Source: Gammaproteobacteria bacterium (GTDB lineage: Bacteria > Pseudomonadota > Gammaproteobacteria > Ga0077536). From it: DNA of 64,000 bases. Of this stretch, positions 38,862 to 49,022 are shown piece by piece (position 1 is the stretch's first letter; each line of letters opens with the position of its first letter). Location: the NCBI GenBank assembly GCA_963662545.2, contig CAXXLL010000003.1, positions 1,312,001 through 1,376,000 on the forward strand. The letters run 5' to 3'. The notes beneath the pieces were generated by a model. It ran no database searches, was not told where the DNA came from, and saw only the letters and a list, made by a program, of their open reading frames with translations. Position numbers and translations under genes: made by a program.

Positions 38862-39922
38862 GTGCTCTGGGCCGTCACCAGCTACTTCAACCCGATGGGT
38901 TATGCGCGTCGCCTGGCCAACTATCGGATGTTTAGGCGACATCTGGGGGTGCCGCTCGTCACCGTGGAATGGGCATGGGCCGGCGGTGTCGAACTAACGG
39001 TATCGAATCCATATGGCCTGTGACCTGTACCTGGTGAAGAAGAAAAAGCGTGGCCGTCAACAACTGACCTGCCGCGGCAGCCTTAGCTGTGAACGACGCC
39101 ACCCTGGGGCGTCGCGCGCGGCCCAGCGATGGGTATCAACTAGACCCGGGCGACGCCGACGTGCTGATCCAACTCTCGAGCCCGGATTTGATGTGGCAGA
39201 AGGAACGGCTGCTCAATGTCGCCTTGCGATCCTTACCGGCCGAGTGCCGATATGTGGCCTGGCTTGATTGCGACCTTGTCTTTGAGGACGCCGAGTGGCC
39301 GCAGCGCACGATCGAGTTATTGGATCGATTCCCCGTGTTGCAGATGTTCGAACATGCCTATGACCTGGAGCCCGACGCGCTCCTCGATGGCGACGACCGC
39401 CGACTTGGTAGTCGTCTGACCGCGGCTACCCACGCGGAGGCAACCGGTGTCACCGTTCCGGATCTGAGGCGCAGCGGTTTACGTCCGGCCGGGTTCTTAA
39501 CGGGGCTCGCATGGGCGGCCCGGTTCGACCTGCTCCGCCGGCACGGCTTCTACGACGCATGCATAATGGGCAGCGGCAATCGGGCATTGTACAGCGCGAT
39601 TTATGGCCGGCTTGACGACGTGCTGGCATATGTCCGCATGAAACCCCTTTGGCAGGAACACTACCTCGCTTGGGCTCGGCCTTACTACGATGATGTACGC
39701 GGCCAGGTGGGCTGTGTGCCAGGTTGTATCTACCACCTCTGGCACGGCGACATCAAACTGCGCCGGTACGCCGAGCGGCACCTCGACTTCGAGCCCTTTG
39801 GGTTTGATCCTATATCGGACCTGTTAGTGGACGCCGCCGGCTGCTTCCGGTGGAAAGCCGATAACCCGGAGATGCGTCACTTCGTTGAATCCTACTTCGC
39901 CTCCCGCCGGGAAGACGGGTGA
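38862..39922 (+). pseudogene. Split GT-A-fold (glycosyltransferase-like) gene
   Basis: The piece VLWAVTSYFNPMGYARRLANYRMFRRHLGVPLVTVEW (from 38862) is in a different frame from DGYQLDPGDADVLIQL...WQKERLLN...WLDCD...HLWHG (ORF 39089..39922), with ~130-150 bp between them. Confidence 0.65.
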
Positions 39923-39937
39923 GCACTCGCCCAGGGA

Positions 39938-39992
39938 GTAAAAGGGGACATTCATCTTTTCCTATCGGAGAAAGATGAATGTCCCCTTTTAC
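39938..39992. repeat. GGGGACA-type REP-like hairpin
   Basis: GTAAAAGGGGACATTCATCTTT...AAAGATGAATGTCCCCTTTTAC. Confidence 0.85.
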
Positions 39993-40091
39993 CTTTTACT
40001 CTAGATTGCTTTCTTGCGCGGCAGGAATATTGATCAACTAACCTAGTCGTCAATGATTTCCACCGCTACCTGCACAATCCGAAGGTAGACT

Positions 40092-41390
40092 CTATCCCGC
40101 AAGATTTCGAACCGCTGACGAAGCGGCGATCTTGCCGTCGTTGACAAAGGCTTCGTGATTACGAAGAACCGACTTGAGGTCGTAGGCGTAGTTGACCATC
40201 ATCGTGGCCGACTCGCGGAGTCCCTTTTCGGATTTGTCTGCCAGCCAGTTGATGCGTTCGAGGCGCGCACCATTGCGTAGATGGAATCTGGCTACGGGAT
40301 CGTGCGGTTGCATGCCGCTTTTTACGCTCAGGAAGTAATGTGCGCAGAGCCTGCACAACAATGACTTGAGTTTTTTAGTCGTCGCTTTGTCTAGGTGCCA
40401 GTTCCCGATCTTGAGCGCGTCAAGGCGCTCGAGCTCGGCGGATTTCAAGGGTAGGGTCGAAGGTGCGTGGACCAAAGTGTCGTTTAACCACCGGCAGAAA
40501 CCGGGGATGGGCGACAGGGTCGCGTAATGCTTTAGACTCGGAATCTCGGCGGCGAGCATCTCCGTGACCTGTTTGATCAGAAAATTTCCGAATGAAACAT
40601 TCGCGAGCCCGCGCTGGCAGTTGCTGATCGAATAGAAAATCGCGGTATCGGGTTGGGGGCCTGCTTCGTCCACCGGGGTTTCGATCAACTGCTCTATGCT
40701 GCTGGCGAGCCCTTTGACGAGCGCGACCTCGACAAACATCAACGGTTCATCGGGCAGCGCGGGATGGAAAAATGCGAAGCAGCGCCGATCGCTCGCGAGG
40801 CGTCGGCGCAGATCGTCCCACCCGCGAATCTCGTGTACGGCCTCGTAGGCGATCAGCTTCTCGAGGATGTAGGCCGGCGTTTCCCAGTCGATCCTGCGCA
40901 GGCTCAAAAAACCGCGATTGAACCACGAGCGGAATAAGTACAAAAAATCCAAATCGACAGGTTTGAGCTGCGGTTCTTCTTTCAATGCCTCCAGCAGATC
41001 TTCGCGCATCCTGACCAGAGCTAGCGTACCGTCCGGCGCCATGTTCAGCGCGCGCAGCAGATCGCGGCGCGGTGATTCCGCCGCCGCGCAGAGATTCATC
41101 AGCGTATGCGGCGCCGGCAATTCCTGGTACTCGCGAATCGCTCGTTCGATCTCCTTGTCGGCCGGCTGCATTTCGTCCAGCAGCATCACGAAAAACTGCG
41201 TCCGGGAATCGGTGTCCAGGTCTGCGTAGTGCGCGAGGAGATCGTCTGCCAGCGCGACTGCTGAGGCCTCGCCCTTGAGTTTGAGCAGTTCACTGCACAG
41301 CGAATTGAATTCCTTGACCCGGCCACGATCGCCCGTGAGTCCGATCAATTCTCGGCCTGCCTTGGCGATCCCGGTGAGAAAGTTTTTCAA
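40092..41390 (-). CDS. Malonyl-CoA decarboxylase
   Basis: SWFNRGFL, YEAVHEI, FYSISNCQRGL, SFGNFLIK, TLSPIPGF, DPVARFHLRNGA. Confidence 0.95.
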   Translation of the reverse strand: MKNFLTGIAKAGRELIGLTGDRGRVKEFNSLCSELLKLKGEASAVALADDLLAHYADLDTDSRTQFFVMLLDEMQPADKEIERAIREYQELPAPHTLMNLCAAAESPRRDLLRALNMAPDGTLALVRMREDLLEALKEEPQLKPVDLDFLYLFRSWFNRGFLSLRRIDWETPAYILEKLIAYEAVHEIRGWDDLRRRLASDRRCFAFFHPALPDEPLMFVEVALVKGLASSIEQLIETPVDEAGPQPDTAIFYSISNCQRGLANVSFGNFLIKQVTEMLAAEIPSLKHYATLSPIPGFCRWLNDTLVHAPSTLPLKSAELERLDALKIGNWHLDKATTKKLKSLLCRLCAHYFLSVKSGMQPHDPVARFHLRNGARLERINWLADKSEKGLRESATMMVNYAYDLKSVLRNHEAFVNDGKIAASSAVRNLAG

Positions 41391-41475
41391 TGCTCAAACA
41401 GCCAAATGAGGTCAGACCTCTATCGTCACTAACGCGAGTTTCTGCTTCGTCATGGCGTAAGCCCGGCTTCACGAT

Positions 41476-41625
41476 GTGCCCCTCATTGTAGGCCGCGACG
41501 AAGATGAACGCGCGGGCAACTCGGTGCGCGAACTCTTGGACGTGGGATTCGAGAACGTGAGCCTGATGAAGGCGGGATTGCCGGGCTGGCGGACCTGCGG
41601 ACTGCCGGTCGCCGGTGACAAGCGC
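41476..41625 (+). pseudogene. Rhodanese-domain C-terminal remnant
   Basis: LLDVGFENVSLMKAGLPGWRTCGLPV resembles the rhodanese C-terminus; the N-terminal half is missing. Confidence 0.5.
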
Positions 41626-41707
41626 AACGGCGTCAGCTACGTGTCGTTGTCAACGCCGGCGAAGCGGGAAAAAACGGGTTTAAGGCGGCTGATTCGGAGC
41701 CAGAATT

Positions 41708-41986
41708 TCAGAATTTCTTGTTCCGCATCGGCGAGACGGTCGCGCCGTGCGAAAGCCACTTGGTGGCCTGTGGCAGCTTGGCGTTTTCCTTGGCCATGGT
41801 GACCGGGCTGTTCGCCCAGTTGCCGCCGCCGATCAACCGTTTCACCGGCGCATCGGCCGGGGTATCTCCCAGGGAACGTTTCGCGTGTTCGCAGATTTCG
41901 CCCCAGGTTTTGTACCGTATCGACATCCCGTGTACGGCTTCGATCACCTCGCCGTTCGCTTCGCAAAGATATTCGTACATGGGCAT
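41708..41986 (-). CDS. FmdB-like zinc-ribbon-family protein
   Basis: MPMYEYLCEANG..., TWGEIC, APVKRLIGG. Confidence 0.75.
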   Translation of the reverse strand: MPMYEYLCEANGEVIEAVHGMSIRYKTWGEICEHAKRSLGDTPADAPVKRLIGGGNWANSPVTMAKENAKLPQATKWLSHGATVSPMRNKKF

Positions 41987-42257
41987 GATCTCATTCCTCT
42001 GTCTGTTCAGCGCCACACTCAAGGGCATCATGGTATGAGTCCCCGTTCGCGCAGACAAGTTCATCTGCCACCTTAATCCGCACGCAAAGCGCCGCTTTTG
42101 CTGGCCAGTTCAGCAAAAATTGGAACCAGACTATTCATTATCCGACGGGTGAAATCGGAAAAACTGGTTGGCCCGCCATCGAAACACGCGGTTTTAATCA
42201 GCCTGTTAGCTCCACTTGAAATGAATATACTGTCACCGAACTTGCGGATGAGAACCC

Positions 42258-43553
42258 ATGAATTCGACACCTGAAGCGGGGATGACGGCCATTTCGGGGC
42301 CCGGCTGGCAACGGCGTTATACCATCGTGGCGCTCTGCATTTGCGCGGTGTTCGTGTGCTATATCGACCGCGTCAACATCTCGGTCGCCGTCATTGCCAT
42401 ACAGGAGGAGTTCGGCTGGTCGGAAACCACTAAAGGCTGGGTGCTCTCCGCCTTTTTCATCGGCTATATGCTGTTAATGGCGCCGAGCGGCTGGTTCGCC
42501 AATCGCATCGGCGGAAAATTCGTACTCGGCGCCGCGGTGATGTGGTGGTCGATATTCACGATCCTGACGCCGACCGCGGCCTACGTGTCGCTGGGCATTC
42601 TGATTGCCGTGCGCATTGCCATGGGCATGGGCGAAGCGGCCATGTTTCCCGCCGCCTACAATCTGTACGGGCGCTGGGTGCCGCCGGCGGAGCGCTCACG
42701 CGCGGTATCGCTTTTGATCGGCGGCATCCCGCTGGGCACCTTGTTCGCCCTCACGACCACCGGTTGGATCATCGAACGCTTCGGCTGGCCAAGCGTTTTC
42801 TACATTTTCGGCGTGAGCGGGTTCTTCTGGTGCATCGTCTGGTATCTACTGGCGCACGACGATCCCGCGACCGACCCGAAGATCTCGCCGGCCGAACGGG
42901 AGATGCTCATCGCGAGCACCCCCAAAGCCCGCGATTCCGATACCGTGCCGTGGCGCAAATTGATGTCGACGCCCGCCGTGTGGGCCTTGATCATCAATCA
43001 TTTCTGCGCCAACTGGGGCTTTTACATGCTGCTCGCCTGGCTACCGAGTTATTTCCGCGGCGCCTTGGGCTTGAGCATCATTAACGCCGGCCTTTTTTCG
43101 GCCGCGCCCTGGCTCACCATGTTCGTCGTCGGCAACCTCGGTGGCATTGTTGCCGACAAGGCGGTCAAGGCCGGCATGGACCTGACGACACTGCGTAAAT
43201 GCATGCAGATTACCGGGCTCGTCGGATCGGCGCTGTTTCTGCTCGCCGCGCGCGACGTGCAGTCCGCCAACGTGGCGATGGGCCTCATGTGCGGCGCGCT
43301 CGGTTTTCTGGCCTTGACCTGGTCCGGCTTTGTTCCCAATCACCTCGATCTCGCGCCGCGGTACGCGGATGTCCTGATGGGGATCACCAATACCGCCGGC
43401 ACCGTGCCCGGGATCATCGGCGTCGTCATCACGGGATGGCTGGTCGATACAACCGGGACCTATACTTCGGCTTTCGCCCTGTGCGCCGTGCTCAATTTTT
43501 TCGGTGCGCTCGTCTGGCTACTGTTCGCGAGCGCCAAACGCGTCGTCGATTGA
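42258..43553 (+). CDS. MFS transporter, anion:cation symporter (ACS) family
   Basis: YIDRVNIS, MGMGEA, WVPPAERSR, WLPSYF; many TM segments. Confidence 0.93.
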   Translation: MNSTPEAGMTAISGPGWQRRYTIVALCICAVFVCYIDRVNISVAVIAIQEEFGWSETTKGWVLSAFFIGYMLLMAPSGWFANRIGGKFVLGAAVMWWSIFTILTPTAAYVSLGILIAVRIAMGMGEAAMFPAAYNLYGRWVPPAERSRAVSLLIGGIPLGTLFALTTTGWIIERFGWPSVFYIFGVSGFFWCIVWYLLAHDDPATDPKISPAEREMLIASTPKARDSDTVPWRKLMSTPAVWALIINHFCANWGFYMLLAWLPSYFRGALGLSIINAGLFSAAPWLTMFVVGNLGGIVADKAVKAGMDLTTLRKCMQITGLVGSALFLLAARDVQSANVAMGLMCGALGFLALTWSGFVPNHLDLAPRYADVLMGITNTAGTVPGIIGVVITGWLVDTTGTYTSAFALCAVLNFFGALVWLLFASAKRVVD

Positions 43554-43556
43554 ATA

Positions 43557-43610
43557 GGGGTCAGGTCTTTCATCGCCACATCGTGATTTGGCGATGAAAG
43601 ACCTGACCCC
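43557..43610. repeat. 54-bp GGGGTCAGGTCT palindromic element
   Basis: 22-bp perfect arms GGGGTCAGGTCTTTCATCGCCA / TGGCGATGAAAGACCTGACCCC. Confidence 0.9.
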
Positions 43611-43704
43611 ACCGGCCAAGGCGTGCTACATTTTCCTTAAATGCCAGGGCTGCATTGACGATCCGGCAGGCCCTTTCGATATGAGATAAACCAGGAGAAG
43701 TACT

Positions 43705-44853
43705 TTGGCAGAAGCATACATAATCGATGCCACGCGCAGCCCCACGGGTAAACGCCGCGGCAGCTTGCAGGACGTCCACGCGGCGGACCTGGGCGCGCAT
43801 GTGATCAAGGCGCTGGTCGATCGCAACCCGATCCCCGATAAAGATTACGACGACGTCATTTTCGGCGCGATCGATGCGCTCGGTCCGCTCGCGGGCGACG
43901 TCGCCCGTACGTGCTGGTTGACGGCCGGCTTCGACGAAGCCGTCCCCGGCGTCACGATCGACCGCCAATGCGGCTCCTCACAGCAGTCGGTACATTTTGC
44001 GGCACAGGCCGTGATGTCAGGCGTCAACGACGTCGTCATTGCGGGGGGCGTTCAGACCATGTCTAAAATCCCCATCGGTTCGGCCGCCGTGGCGGGCGGC
44101 GCGTTCGGATTCGAAGACCCTTTTACCGGCTCACAAGCCTGGGTCGAGCGCTATGGCGAAGATCCGCCGACGCAGTTCAAGGGCGCCCAGATGATGTGCG
44201 ACCGTTGGGGTTTCTCGCGTGAAGACCTTGAAGTCTATTCGCTGGAATCCCACCGCCGTGCGTTGCAGGCGATCGAGGATGGCCGTTTCGATCGCGAGAT
44301 CGTTCCCTACGACGGTTGCAAGATGGACGAGACACCGCGCGAGACCTCGCTCGAGAAGATGGCCGAGCTCGATCCGATATTCGGTTTGAAGAGCATCACC
44401 GCAGGAGTGTCCAGCCAGGTCTGCGACGCCTCCTCGGCCATCTTGATCGCGTCCGAAGACGCCGTGAAACGTTACGACCTGAAACCCCGCGCACGCATTC
44501 ACCACATGAGCGTACGCGCGGAAGACCCTATGATCATGCTGACGGCGCCGATCATGACGACCCGCTACGCGCTCGATAAGGCGGGCATGACACTCGATGA
44601 CATCGATCTGGCCGAAGTCAACGAAGCCTTCGCTCCGGTGCCGATGGCGTGGTTGAAAGAGATCGGCTACCCACATGAGAAGCTCAACGTCAACGGCGGT
44701 GCCATCGCGCTCGGCCACCCGATCGGGGCGACCGGCACCAAGCTCATGACGACCTTGCTGCACGAACTGGAACGAACCGGCGGCCGCTACGGTCTGCAGA
44801 CCATGTGCGAAGGCGGCGGTCAGGCCAATGTGACGATTATCGAACGCTTGTAG
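43705..44853 (+). CDS. Thiolase (acetyl-CoA C-acyltransferase)
   Basis: [26 protein letters not shown]; TTG start after AGGAG. Confidence 0.94.
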   Translation: MAEAYIIDATRSPTGKRRGSLQDVHAADLGAHVIKALVDRNPIPDKDYDDVIFGAIDALGPLAGDVARTCWLTAGFDEAVPGVTIDRQCGSSQQSVHFAAQAVMSGVNDVVIAGGVQTMSKIPIGSAAVAGGAFGFEDPFTGSQAWVERYGEDPPTQFKGAQMMCDRWGFSREDLEVYSLESHRRALQAIEDGRFDREIVPYDGCKMDETPRETSLEKMAELDPIFGLKSITAGVSSQVCDASSAILIASEDAVKRYDLKPRARIHHMSVRAEDPMIMLTAPIMTTRYALDKAGMTLDDIDLAEVNEAFAPVPMAWLKEIGYPHEKLNVNGGAIALGHPIGATGTKLMTTLLHELERTGGRYGLQTMCEGGGQANVTIIERL

Positions 44854-44891
44854 AACGAAGCTCCGGCCAGGCGCCGGAGGAGGATGAAATC

Positions 44892-45578
44892 ATGTCAACA
44901 CTGAACGGCGTACACCACCTCGCCATCATGACGTCCGACGTCAAACAGCAGATCGAGTTCTTTTCCGACGTGCTCGGGATGAAGCTCAAAGCACTGTACT
45001 GGATGCACAACGTCGACGGCTATTTTCACGCGTTCATGGAATTGAACCCGAGCTGCTCGGTGGCGTTCGTCCAGTCCCCCGAAGTCAAGGACATTCCCGT
45101 CGAAATGGGCGCTTCGCACGCCGGCAATCCAACGAAGCCCTGTGCGCCCGGCGCCATGCAGCACGTTGCCTTCAACTGCGACAACGACGAGGAACTCTAC
45201 GCGATGCGCGACCGCATCCGGGCGAAGGGCGTGCGCGTGCTGGGACCGCTGGATCACGGTTTCTGCAAGTCGATTTACTTCGGCGGCCCGGAAAACCTCG
45301 TGCTCGAAGTGTCGACCAGCGAGGCCGGCATCAACCAGGAAGCCTGGATCGATCCCGAAGTGGTCGAGCTCAACGGCATCTCGGTGGAAGAACTCGTCCG
45401 CTACAAGAACCCCCCCGGCTTCGATCACATCGGGGACCCGGTGCCGCAACCAGCCGCCGGCACGGGGCGTCCTGAGTACAGCAACATGGACGAGGAGTTC
45501 GCCGCGGCATTTGACCTGCCCGACGAAGTCGTTACGCGCGAACTGAGCGAAAGTACGCCGCCCGTGAAGGTAGCCTGA
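44892..45578 (+). CDS. VOC-family protein
   Basis: GVHHLAI, MQHVAF, HGFCKSIYF, LVLE. Confidence 0.88.
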   Translation: MSTLNGVHHLAIMTSDVKQQIEFFSDVLGMKLKALYWMHNVDGYFHAFMELNPSCSVAFVQSPEVKDIPVEMGASHAGNPTKPCAPGAMQHVAFNCDNDEELYAMRDRIRAKGVRVLGPLDHGFCKSIYFGGPENLVLEVSTSEAGINQEAWIDPEVVELNGISVEELVRYKNPPGFDHIGDPVPQPAAGTGRPEYSNMDEEFAAAFDLPDEVVTRELSESTPPVKVA

Positions 45579-45596
45579 TCCGAAAAGGATTTCTAG

Positions 45597-47681
45597 ATGA
45601 AGCAAATTCGCGCCGCGATGATCGCCGTCGGTCTGGGTTTCGCGAGTACCGCCGGCGCCGATATAGTCGTCGACGATGCAGCGCTCAGCAACGAAGCCGA
45701 TAGAGAAAACTGGCCCGGCTACGGCCGCACTTACAGCGAGCAGCGCTTCAGTCCGCTCGATCAGATCAATCCGAGCAACGTAGGAAAGCTCGGTATCGAA
45801 TGGGTTTTGGACCTGCCCAGGGATCGCTCCCTGACCGGCACCCCGCTCGTCATCGACGGCGTGCTCTATTTCAACGGCAGTTACAACGTCGTGCGCGCGG
45901 TCGAGGCCCGCACCGGCAAGCTACTGTGGGAATACGACCCCCAGGTGATCGAGCATTCAGGCGATCGATTGAAGATCCTGTGGGACTGGAACCGCGGCAT
46001 CGCGTTCTGGAAGGGAAGGATCTTCAACGCGACGATCGACGGACGGCTCATCGCGATCGATGCCAAGACGGGCAAGGAGATCTGGACCCGGCAGACCTTC
46101 GATCCCAAGCTGCCGTTGTTCATCACCGGCGCGCCGAAGGTTTTCAAGGATAAGGTGATCATCGGCAACGGCGGCACCGAGTGGGGTGCCGCGCGCGGCT
46201 TCGTCGTCGCTTACGATACCGAAACGGGCGAACAAGCCTGGAAGTTCTACACGGTTCCGGGCAATCCGGCCGACGGCTTCGAGAACAACGCCATGAAGAT
46301 GGCCGCCAAGACCTGGACCGGCGAATGGTGGAAGCACGGCGGGGGCGGCACCGTGTGGCACGGCATTACCTACGATCCCGAATACAACCACCTCTACATC
46401 GGAACGGGCAATGGCTCGCCCTGGAATCCGAAGATCCGCAGCCCCGAGGGCGGTGACAACCTCTTCCTCTGTTCCATCGTCGCGCTCGATGCGGACACCG
46501 GCCGCTACAAGTGGCATTACCAGACGACGCCGGGTGAAGCCTGGGACTACAACTCCAACATGGACATCGTCCTGGTCGACCTCAAGGTCCGCGATCGCGA
46601 CGTCAAGGCCATACTGCATGCGCCGAAAAACGGTTTCTTCTACATCATCAACCGCTCGAACGGCAAGCTGTTGTCGGCCGAGAAATACGCCAAGGTCGAC
46701 TGGGCCAGTGAAGTCGACATGAAGACCGGCCGGCCGGTCGAGCGCGCCGGCGCGCGTTACGAAGATGGCGAGGAACTGGTCTGGCCGAGCCCCTTTGGCG
46801 CACATAACTGGCACGCGATGTCTTACAACCCGCAGACCGGCCTCGTTTACCTGCCCATCATCGAGATGCCGGGCTTGTTCTCCGACAAGCACATCGAGAT
46901 CAAGGCCTGGGAGTCGCCTTTCTGGAACTTCGATCCGGCCATTGCTTTCGGCGAGCAATTCGTGCCCGATGACGCCGGTACGGGCGCCTTGCGCGCCTGG
47001 GATCCGCTACGCCAGCAGACTGTGTGGGAAGTACCGCTGCCCGGGGTATGGAATCCGGGGACGGTAACGACAGCGGGTAATCTCGTGTTTCAGGGCCGGG
47101 CTGACGGCACTTTCTACGCCTACCGCGCCGACAACGGCGAAGTCCTGTGGCGCACCGACTTGGGCAGCGGCATCTCAGCGCCCCCGATCACTTATTCGAT
47201 CGACGGCAAGCAGTACCTATCGATACTCGTCGGCTGGGGCGGCGCGGGTGCGGCGACCGCCGGGTTCACCGGCTCCCAGCACGGTTGGGCCTACCGCGCC
47301 CATCCCCGGCGCCTCGTGACGTTTGCACTTGGCGGTGAAGTACAACTACCGCAATCCCCACCCCCGTTCTATCCAAAACCACTCGCCGCGCCGGATTTCA
47401 AGGTCGATGACAACCTGGCGCGCACCGGCGGCGAAATCTACACGGACTGGTGCATGATGTGCCACGGCGCCGGCGCGGCTTCAGCGGGACAGGCTCCCGA
47501 TCTCCGGGCTTCTTCGATCATGCTGTCGATGGATGCGATCAAGAAGGTCGTACTCGACGGCAGCAACCGCTCGATGGGTATGCCCCGGTTCAAGGACTTC
47601 ACCGACGACGAACTCCTCGCCGTACAACATTTTGTCCGGCGGCAGGCCAAGCTTCCGGAACCGTGCAAGGCTTGCAAATAG
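45597..47681 (+). CDS. Type II quinohemoprotein (PQQ plus heme c) dehydrogenase
   Basis: Signal peptide, YGRTYSEQRFSPL, GTGNGSPW, WHYQTTPG..WDY, C-terminal CMMCH. Confidence 0.94.
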   Translation: MKQIRAAMIAVGLGFASTAGADIVVDDAALSNEADRENWPGYGRTYSEQRFSPLDQINPSNVGKLGIEWVLDLPRDRSLTGTPLVIDGVLYFNGSYNVVRAVEARTGKLLWEYDPQVIEHSGDRLKILWDWNRGIAFWKGRIFNATIDGRLIAIDAKTGKEIWTRQTFDPKLPLFITGAPKVFKDKVIIGNGGTEWGAARGFVVAYDTETGEQAWKFYTVPGNPADGFENNAMKMAAKTWTGEWWKHGGGGTVWHGITYDPEYNHLYIGTGNGSPWNPKIRSPEGGDNLFLCSIVALDADTGRYKWHYQTTPGEAWDYNSNMDIVLVDLKVRDRDVKAILHAPKNGFFYIINRSNGKLLSAEKYAKVDWASEVDMKTGRPVERAGARYEDGEELVWPSPFGAHNWHAMSYNPQTGLVYLPIIEMPGLFSDKHIEIKAWESPFWNFDPAIAFGEQFVPDDAGTGALRAWDPLRQQTVWEVPLPGVWNPGTVTTAGNLVFQGRADGTFYAYRADNGEVLWRTDLGSGISAPPITYSIDGKQYLSILVGWGGAGAATAGFTGSQHGWAYRAHPRRLVTFALGGEVQLPQSPPPFYPKPLAAPDFKVDDNLARTGGEIYTDWCMMCHGAGAASAGQAPDLRASSIMLSMDAIKKVVLDGSNRSMGMPRFKDFTDDELLAVQHFVRRQAKLPEPCKACK

Positions 47682-47684
47682 GGT

Positions 47685-47742
47685 TTGGGGTCAGGTCTAT
47701 CATTCCCACAACGCGATGTGGCAACGATAGACCTGACCCCAA
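47685..47742. repeat. GGGGTCAGGTCT palindromic element (same family as 43557)
   Basis: TTGGGGTCAGGTCTATC...GATAGACCTGACCCCAA. Confidence 0.88.
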
Positions 47743-48876
47743 TTAAGCCTGGTAGTTCGTTAGCTTTGGAATTGAACTGGTGGCGATTAAAAAATAATTC
47801 CGGTCTTTCTCGATCCCGATACTTTGATACGAAATCGCGTTACCCGCCGCGAGTGTGGATCCTGCCCCGGCAAACGGATCGAGGATCACACCTTTGCCGA
47901 GCGGCAACACGCCTCTCACTAATTGTCGAAGAAACGACTGGGGTTTCAGGCTGGGGTGCGGTGCTAGTTCTCGCTCCGCGCGCCGGGTTGGCGCTGACGC
48001 GATGACATCCCCGAAAGGTCTGCCACGCCCGGGACGACGGAACCCTCCGGTTTGCCACTTTCGTAGGTTGTCCTGAACCCGGCCTTCCACGGGCTTTCTG
48101 AACAACAGCCACGGCTCCCACATTGATCGCGGCATGACGCTTATGCCGCGGAACTCATCGTGTGCTCCCTTAGGTCTGTCGCCGCCCCGCATGGTCATCG
48201 TCAGCCGTATGATTTCACCTCTGCGCTCCAGGCCCGCTTCGGATAATGCGATCGCGACAATGTGAGATACGAGAGGATTCGAAGCCACCACGACGTTAGC
48301 GCCAGGCACCAACACCGGCAAAAGTATTTTCGCCCAAACGAGGAAAAATTCCCTGATCTCACCGAGCTGATTCTCGTCCAGAGTCGTAAATCGGGGAAGC
48401 GGCGATCGCTGATGGCCATCAAATGAAGGCGGGATCCGCCAAACCCCGCCTTTTCCAACACGCAGTTTGCGTTGCTGTTCTTCGGTATATTCATACAACC
48501 CATAGGGGGGATCGGTCACAACCGCGTGAATCGAATTGTGTGACTGCCGCGCGATCCACGAGAAACAATCGTCGTGATGCAATACGGATTTTTGAAAGGA
48601 GAATTTTTCTTCCCGCGAGTCGATTTGAGCAAAGAATTTATATTGTCGGCTCGCTGGCCTAATGCGTGCGCGGTACACGCCCCGCGCTTCCCGAACGAAG
48701 AGCTCGGGCGTGTTGAGCCTTAGATACGATCGGATAGATGATGAAGGTGTTTTGCCAATCTGCTTTTGAACGCTTGCCACTATCTGCGAAACGCTCAGGG
48801 AAACAGGAGATCCGGCCAGCGCTTTAATAATGGCGTCGCGGACATGGCCTGGAGAATTCTTTGCGGAGTTTTGCAT
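47743..48876 (-). CDS. Beta-class N6-adenine/N4-cytosine DNA methyltransferase with an N-terminal HTH-like domain
   Basis: TDPPY precedes HPSLKP and DPFAGAGST; ~75-aa basic helical N-terminal extension; visibly more AT-rich than its neighbours. Confidence 0.9.
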   Translation of the reverse strand: MQNSAKNSPGHVRDAIIKALAGSPVSLSVSQIVASVQKQIGKTPSSSIRSYLRLNTPELFVREARGVYRARIRPASRQYKFFAQIDSREEKFSFQKSVLHHDDCFSWIARQSHNSIHAVVTDPPYGLYEYTEEQQRKLRVGKGGVWRIPPSFDGHQRSPLPRFTTLDENQLGEIREFFLVWAKILLPVLVPGANVVVASNPLVSHIVAIALSEAGLERRGEIIRLTMTMRGGDRPKGAHDEFRGISVMPRSMWEPWLLFRKPVEGRVQDNLRKWQTGGFRRPGRGRPFGDVIASAPTRRAERELAPHPSLKPQSFLRQLVRGVLPLGKGVILDPFAGAGSTLAAGNAISYQSIGIEKDRNYFLIATSSIPKLTNYQA

Positions 48877-48884
48877 TTGTGTAA

Positions 48885-48906
48885 TTTAGACGTCTGGACG
48901 TCTAAA
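48885..48906. promoter_or_regulatory. Candidate operator palindrome upstream of the MTase
   Basis: TTTAGACGTC-TG-GACGTCTAAA, 8 bp upstream of the MTase start codon. Confidence 0.65.
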
Positions 48907-49022
48907 GTCGACAATTTAAAAGTACGCAAAGCAACGGGTGTCCACTTTTTCTTAGGAACTCTTACGCGTTAAAAACCACAAGAGGGCTTCTGCGAGCATC
49001 AGGGATCTATTGAGCGGCGCAC

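Noticed and set aside
45597-47681. Lanthanide-dependent PQQ dehydrogenase
   Set aside because: The extra Asp of the DxD motif is absent (WDYN).
27319-47742. CRISPR array or integron attC sites among the palindromes
   Set aside because: The repeats are dispersed rather than regularly spaced, lack RYYYAAC/GTTRRRY ends, and no cas or integrase gene is present.
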